From: Antedon mediterranea
Taxonomy: Eukaryota; Animalia; Echinodermata
Assembly: GCF_964355755.1 (NCBI RefSeq)
Contig: NC_092677.1
Span: forward strand, 3,804,101 to 3,868,100
Reading direction: 5' to 3'
DNA length: 64,000 bases
Shown: positions 60,901-64,000 of the stretch, in pieces
How the letters are laid out: every line of letters starts with the position of its first letter
How positions within the stretch are numbered: the first letter of the stretch is position 1
The notes under the pieces: model-generated
The model's database searches: none
Told to the model about the DNA's origin: nothing
What the model saw: the letters and a program-made list of their open reading frames with translations, nothing else
Position numbers and translations under genes: made by a program

Positions 60901-63900
60901 TCACAATTACATCATACATAGAAAAAATTACAATTAAAAACATTCATTAAAACATCATATCATACATAAAATGAGACGAATTTAAATAATATTAATTCGT
61001 TTTGGAAACATATTTACTTTGTTGATGTCACGATCACAAAGTTCCATAATTACAGAACATAAACTTGTTTTTTTATTACTTCTCCTGATTACCTCGCGAG
61101 TGACACGCGGCAAATATTCGTGTAAGTAGGCCTCGTGTAGGATTAGTTTCAAACAGTTGTAAAATAGTTGTATTGTAATTACCTCTATAGTTGATGTTTT
61201 TGGTACATTACACGCTTTGGTATGTTTCTTCCACATGGCATCGGGTTCATTGTTCACATTCCACAACATTGGTGTGAGTGTGTTGTTGTGTCCGTCCACA
61301 GTCTGACCTAAAACATCCAATTAGGCTATTATTAATTGAGATTTACTACTATTTTCCCTATAGGTATTTCATGAAGATAATTTTTTTTTTTTTGTGATAG
61401 AAAACCAGTCGAGGGAAGTCTTAAGCTCTGTCTACACTATCAAACTAGTTTGACAAAAGTGTGATGTGCCCAAATATGGTAGTGATGTGACATCGTTTCC
61501 ATTATATTGGCACATCACATTTTTTGACACTTAAAGTATGATAGTGTAGACATATCTTTACAGTTGGTATTCCACGATTTAAAACATGTTGTACTACCCA
61601 AACTTGAAAATATTGAGATAGACAATAATAGCAATAAGGAAGCCTACAGTAACAACATGACGTTGTCCTGTCTTTTATTCTCATAATTAATTAGTTACCG
61701 TCACATTTTTGTATACCTTTAAATGGTTCGAATACCCTAATGGTTTCCCTGGTTTCTGTAAACGTGCGGAGTTTGTACTAAAAAAAAATAAAAAAATTAA
61801 TTAATTAAACATAATTAGGTTAGTTATAGAGGTCGTTTGTCATAGAAGTAGATAGATTGAATCAGTTAAAACATTATTTGCCAAGTTATGATTTAATTCC
61901 AAATTGAGACGCAACACAACGACGTAGCGCAACTTTAAGCTAGGTTCCCACTATAACTTTGCGTGTTAAGCCACCAATGACAAGCGACAGTTCGAATAAT
62001 CCATCTCTTGTGATTGGCCAATTCACTTAAGTTGCGTTACGTTCTTGTGTTGCGTCTCTAGAAGGAACCATGTATAAAGGGATTTGACCAATCACAAGCG
62101 ATATATTTGTTCCACTGTCGCTTGCCATTGGTCAACTTGGTTGCGTTGCATCTACGTTCTAGAGAGAACCAAGCTCCAGATATCTTGACAATTTGTCTTA
62201 GCTACGTTTTTATGGTAACTCTTCTTAATATCATTTAAATTATGTTCAATTCCTAAAAATACCTTGTGAATGGGAAGGTTGATAACTTGTTCCACATCAA
62301 TATCATTTATAACTCTTTTTCCATAACAGCATTGCTGCGATACGTGTAATGTTAGGGCCTCTTTGGCTTCTGTTTTGTTTATGGGATTGGGTAAACTGGA
62401 ATATAAAGCGAGAGATACAGTTAAAAACCAAAACAAGATAAAATTAAAGCAACACCATGATGTAGACCCATGGTTAACTATCATCAATGAATCTTCCTTT
62501 TTTACTAAAAAATTAATGTAGAACTAAAAATGTTTTTTTATGGAATTATTATATATTAACAAGTTTGGAATGAGACGTTCCATTTGATGGATTTATGGAT
62601 TGAAATCTTGTTGCACGGTACGGTTTTTTTAAATCAGAATTCCTTCATTTTTGAAAGGAGATAAAGAAAATATCATAGGCCCTATAATATTTTAATATTT
62701 AAAAATATTTCTATTAACAGAAATGCTATGAAATTAACTATCACAGTATCTATTAAAATTAATATTACTTAATAATAGTAATTTGTTTGATCGTGTGGTC
62801 TGTTGTTTTTATAGGCCTATTTTCTCTACTATTTTATTATACTCGACTTGTTCACCTTTGCAACCGGCCTCGCATTGTAGCGTGTGTCTAACCTTTATAG
62901 CCAATATAACCTAATCGATTATTTAAGAGAAAGTCCTACAATGTAAATATAATCAAATCTCCACTTTGGCTATTAGTACGTGGAGTTTAGTACACATGTT
63001 CACATTGATTACTACAACTAGGTGTCCAAAATCAATTTGCTTTTATAAGCATAGAGCAGAGATGCGTTATTATGCTTGTTTAGTATGTATTACAAATCGA
63101 ATTACTCGTTGATGAATTTATCACGGATTTTAAGCTCAGTCTTGTCATCAATTTGTGGAATTAAATGCATGTGGAAATTCTAATCAAACATTTTTTACCG
63201 AAATATTAAACATTACTGCTCGTTGTTAATTTTCCATTTTCTCGTAAATAGCAAGTTGTTCGAAATAAAACTTAGACCTAGTGTTTTAAAGAAAATATTT
63301 AAAATGTAATATTATCGCTTACCTTTGAAACTGTTGGGAGATATTCTTTTGTACGGCCTGATTGGGCTTAGGATGAGGTTTTCCTATACAAGTTAAATTA
63401 GTTAATATGATATAAAGTTGTGTCATGATACGAGATTTATGGAGATCATAACGTATGTCCATTTAGGTTACGGCAATGTTAAAAAGTACCGTATTACATT
63501 CATAGTCAACCATTTCGTTTTAATGTATATTGTGATTCTGTAAAATGAAAACTGTACTTAATTTTGTGATATATAATTAGGCTTAATCTAACCAAGGCAA
63601 TCTAACAACATGATGTTGAGCTCCGGAGATCAAAGGGTTTATCTGTGGCTGCGACACGACCGTTAACAGATACCGCGGAGAATAATGTACATTGTATAGT
63701 ACTGTTGGGTATTTGTCGCAGCCAGACATAAGATCAAAGGACTGTTACGAGTTCCTACCTTGGCAATGTCAGCTCAGTGTCTTGTTGTTAGATTATTAGG
63801 TATTTCTTACCTTGGCGAACTGTGGTTGTTTCATAACCTGGTATAGCTTGTAGCGCCTGCGTCATCTTGTACTGGGGCTCCTTGGCGTTCGGGTTGTCAA

Positions 63901-63972
63901 CAACGTCTTGGTCTGGAGAGTCCGGCCACGAATACGCTGCATTCTTGGCATCTCCATCGGGAAGAGACCAAG
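57945..63972 (-). CDS. SSUH2: Protein SSUH2 homologue (DnaJ-type CxxCxGxG zinc-finger repeats, C-terminal CaaX); the 5' end lies beyond the right edge
   Basis: Approximate exons: 63972-63811, ~63384-63323, 62395-62263, ~61777-61699, 61307-61183, 60842-60779, 60646-60472, ~59678-59577, 59322-59221, 58091-57945 (TAG). Peptides: AIPGYET, EAKEALTLHVSQQCCYG, YKLRTFTETRET, TVDGHNNTLTPMLWNV, VPKTSTIETCHGCTGRGFNKCYRCQGRG, CKKCKGTG, CVQCGGTG, CSVCQGHKQLHFYI, KRIVQQCHVLVALP...FWVYGEENKVYAPDYPESCVRRCTII*. Confidence 0.88.
58290..59027 (+). mobile_element. 3' fragment of a CR1/L2-group LINE (RT C-terminal region), antisense within the last SSUH2 intron
   Basis: ORF 58296-58910 contains KDLGVFIDSSLCFSFHI...LYYSIIHPILNFSSVIF...RIQRLHNRFLR...RRTFFDLVFLYKCIN, typical of non-LTR ORF2 ends, followed by an (AAAT)n tail at about 58993-59027. 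It sits inside remnants of a Tc1/pogo-like MITE (about 58216-58250 and 59030-59190). Confidence 0.88.
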
Positions 63973-64000
63973 CTAAGGGAAACCAGGATTATTCAAAATA

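Overview
This is AT-rich, intron-rich eukaryotic DNA. It looks like a marine invertebrate, probably a deuterostome or echinoderm; that is an inference from the repeat families and gene structure, not something the sequence proves. I reconstructed five spliced genes by hand. (1) The 5' part of a galactose-3-O-sulfotransferase-like gene (-, runs off the left edge). (2) A complete CFAP44/WDR52 gene (+, 1988-26812). (3) A complete IFT46 gene (-, 31785-28725). (4) A GRAMD1/Aster gene (+, 31975-52272) with several candidate alternative 5' exons. (5) Most of an SSUH2 homologue (-, runs off the right edge). The introns carry many non-autonomous DNA transposons (about 24 copies of one Harbinger-like MITE), tRNA-derived SINEs including a Deu/Nin-type family, two LINE 3' fragments, a foldback-like element and six minisatellites. 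The most notable observations are these. Four perfect TCCGTCCA octamers (the miR-184 8-mer seed match) lie within about 480 bp of the putative CFAP44 3' UTR. The SSUH2 CaaX-plus-stop unit is tandemly amplified seven times. CFAP44 has a U12-type intron and IFT46 has a GC-AG intron. Only 189 bp separate the divergent IFT46 and GRAMD1 start codons. Both ciliary genes have RFX X-box-like motifs, and the CFAP44-IFT46-GRAMD1 linkage may be ancient. Exon boundaries were read by eye and may be off by a few bases. No database searches were run.
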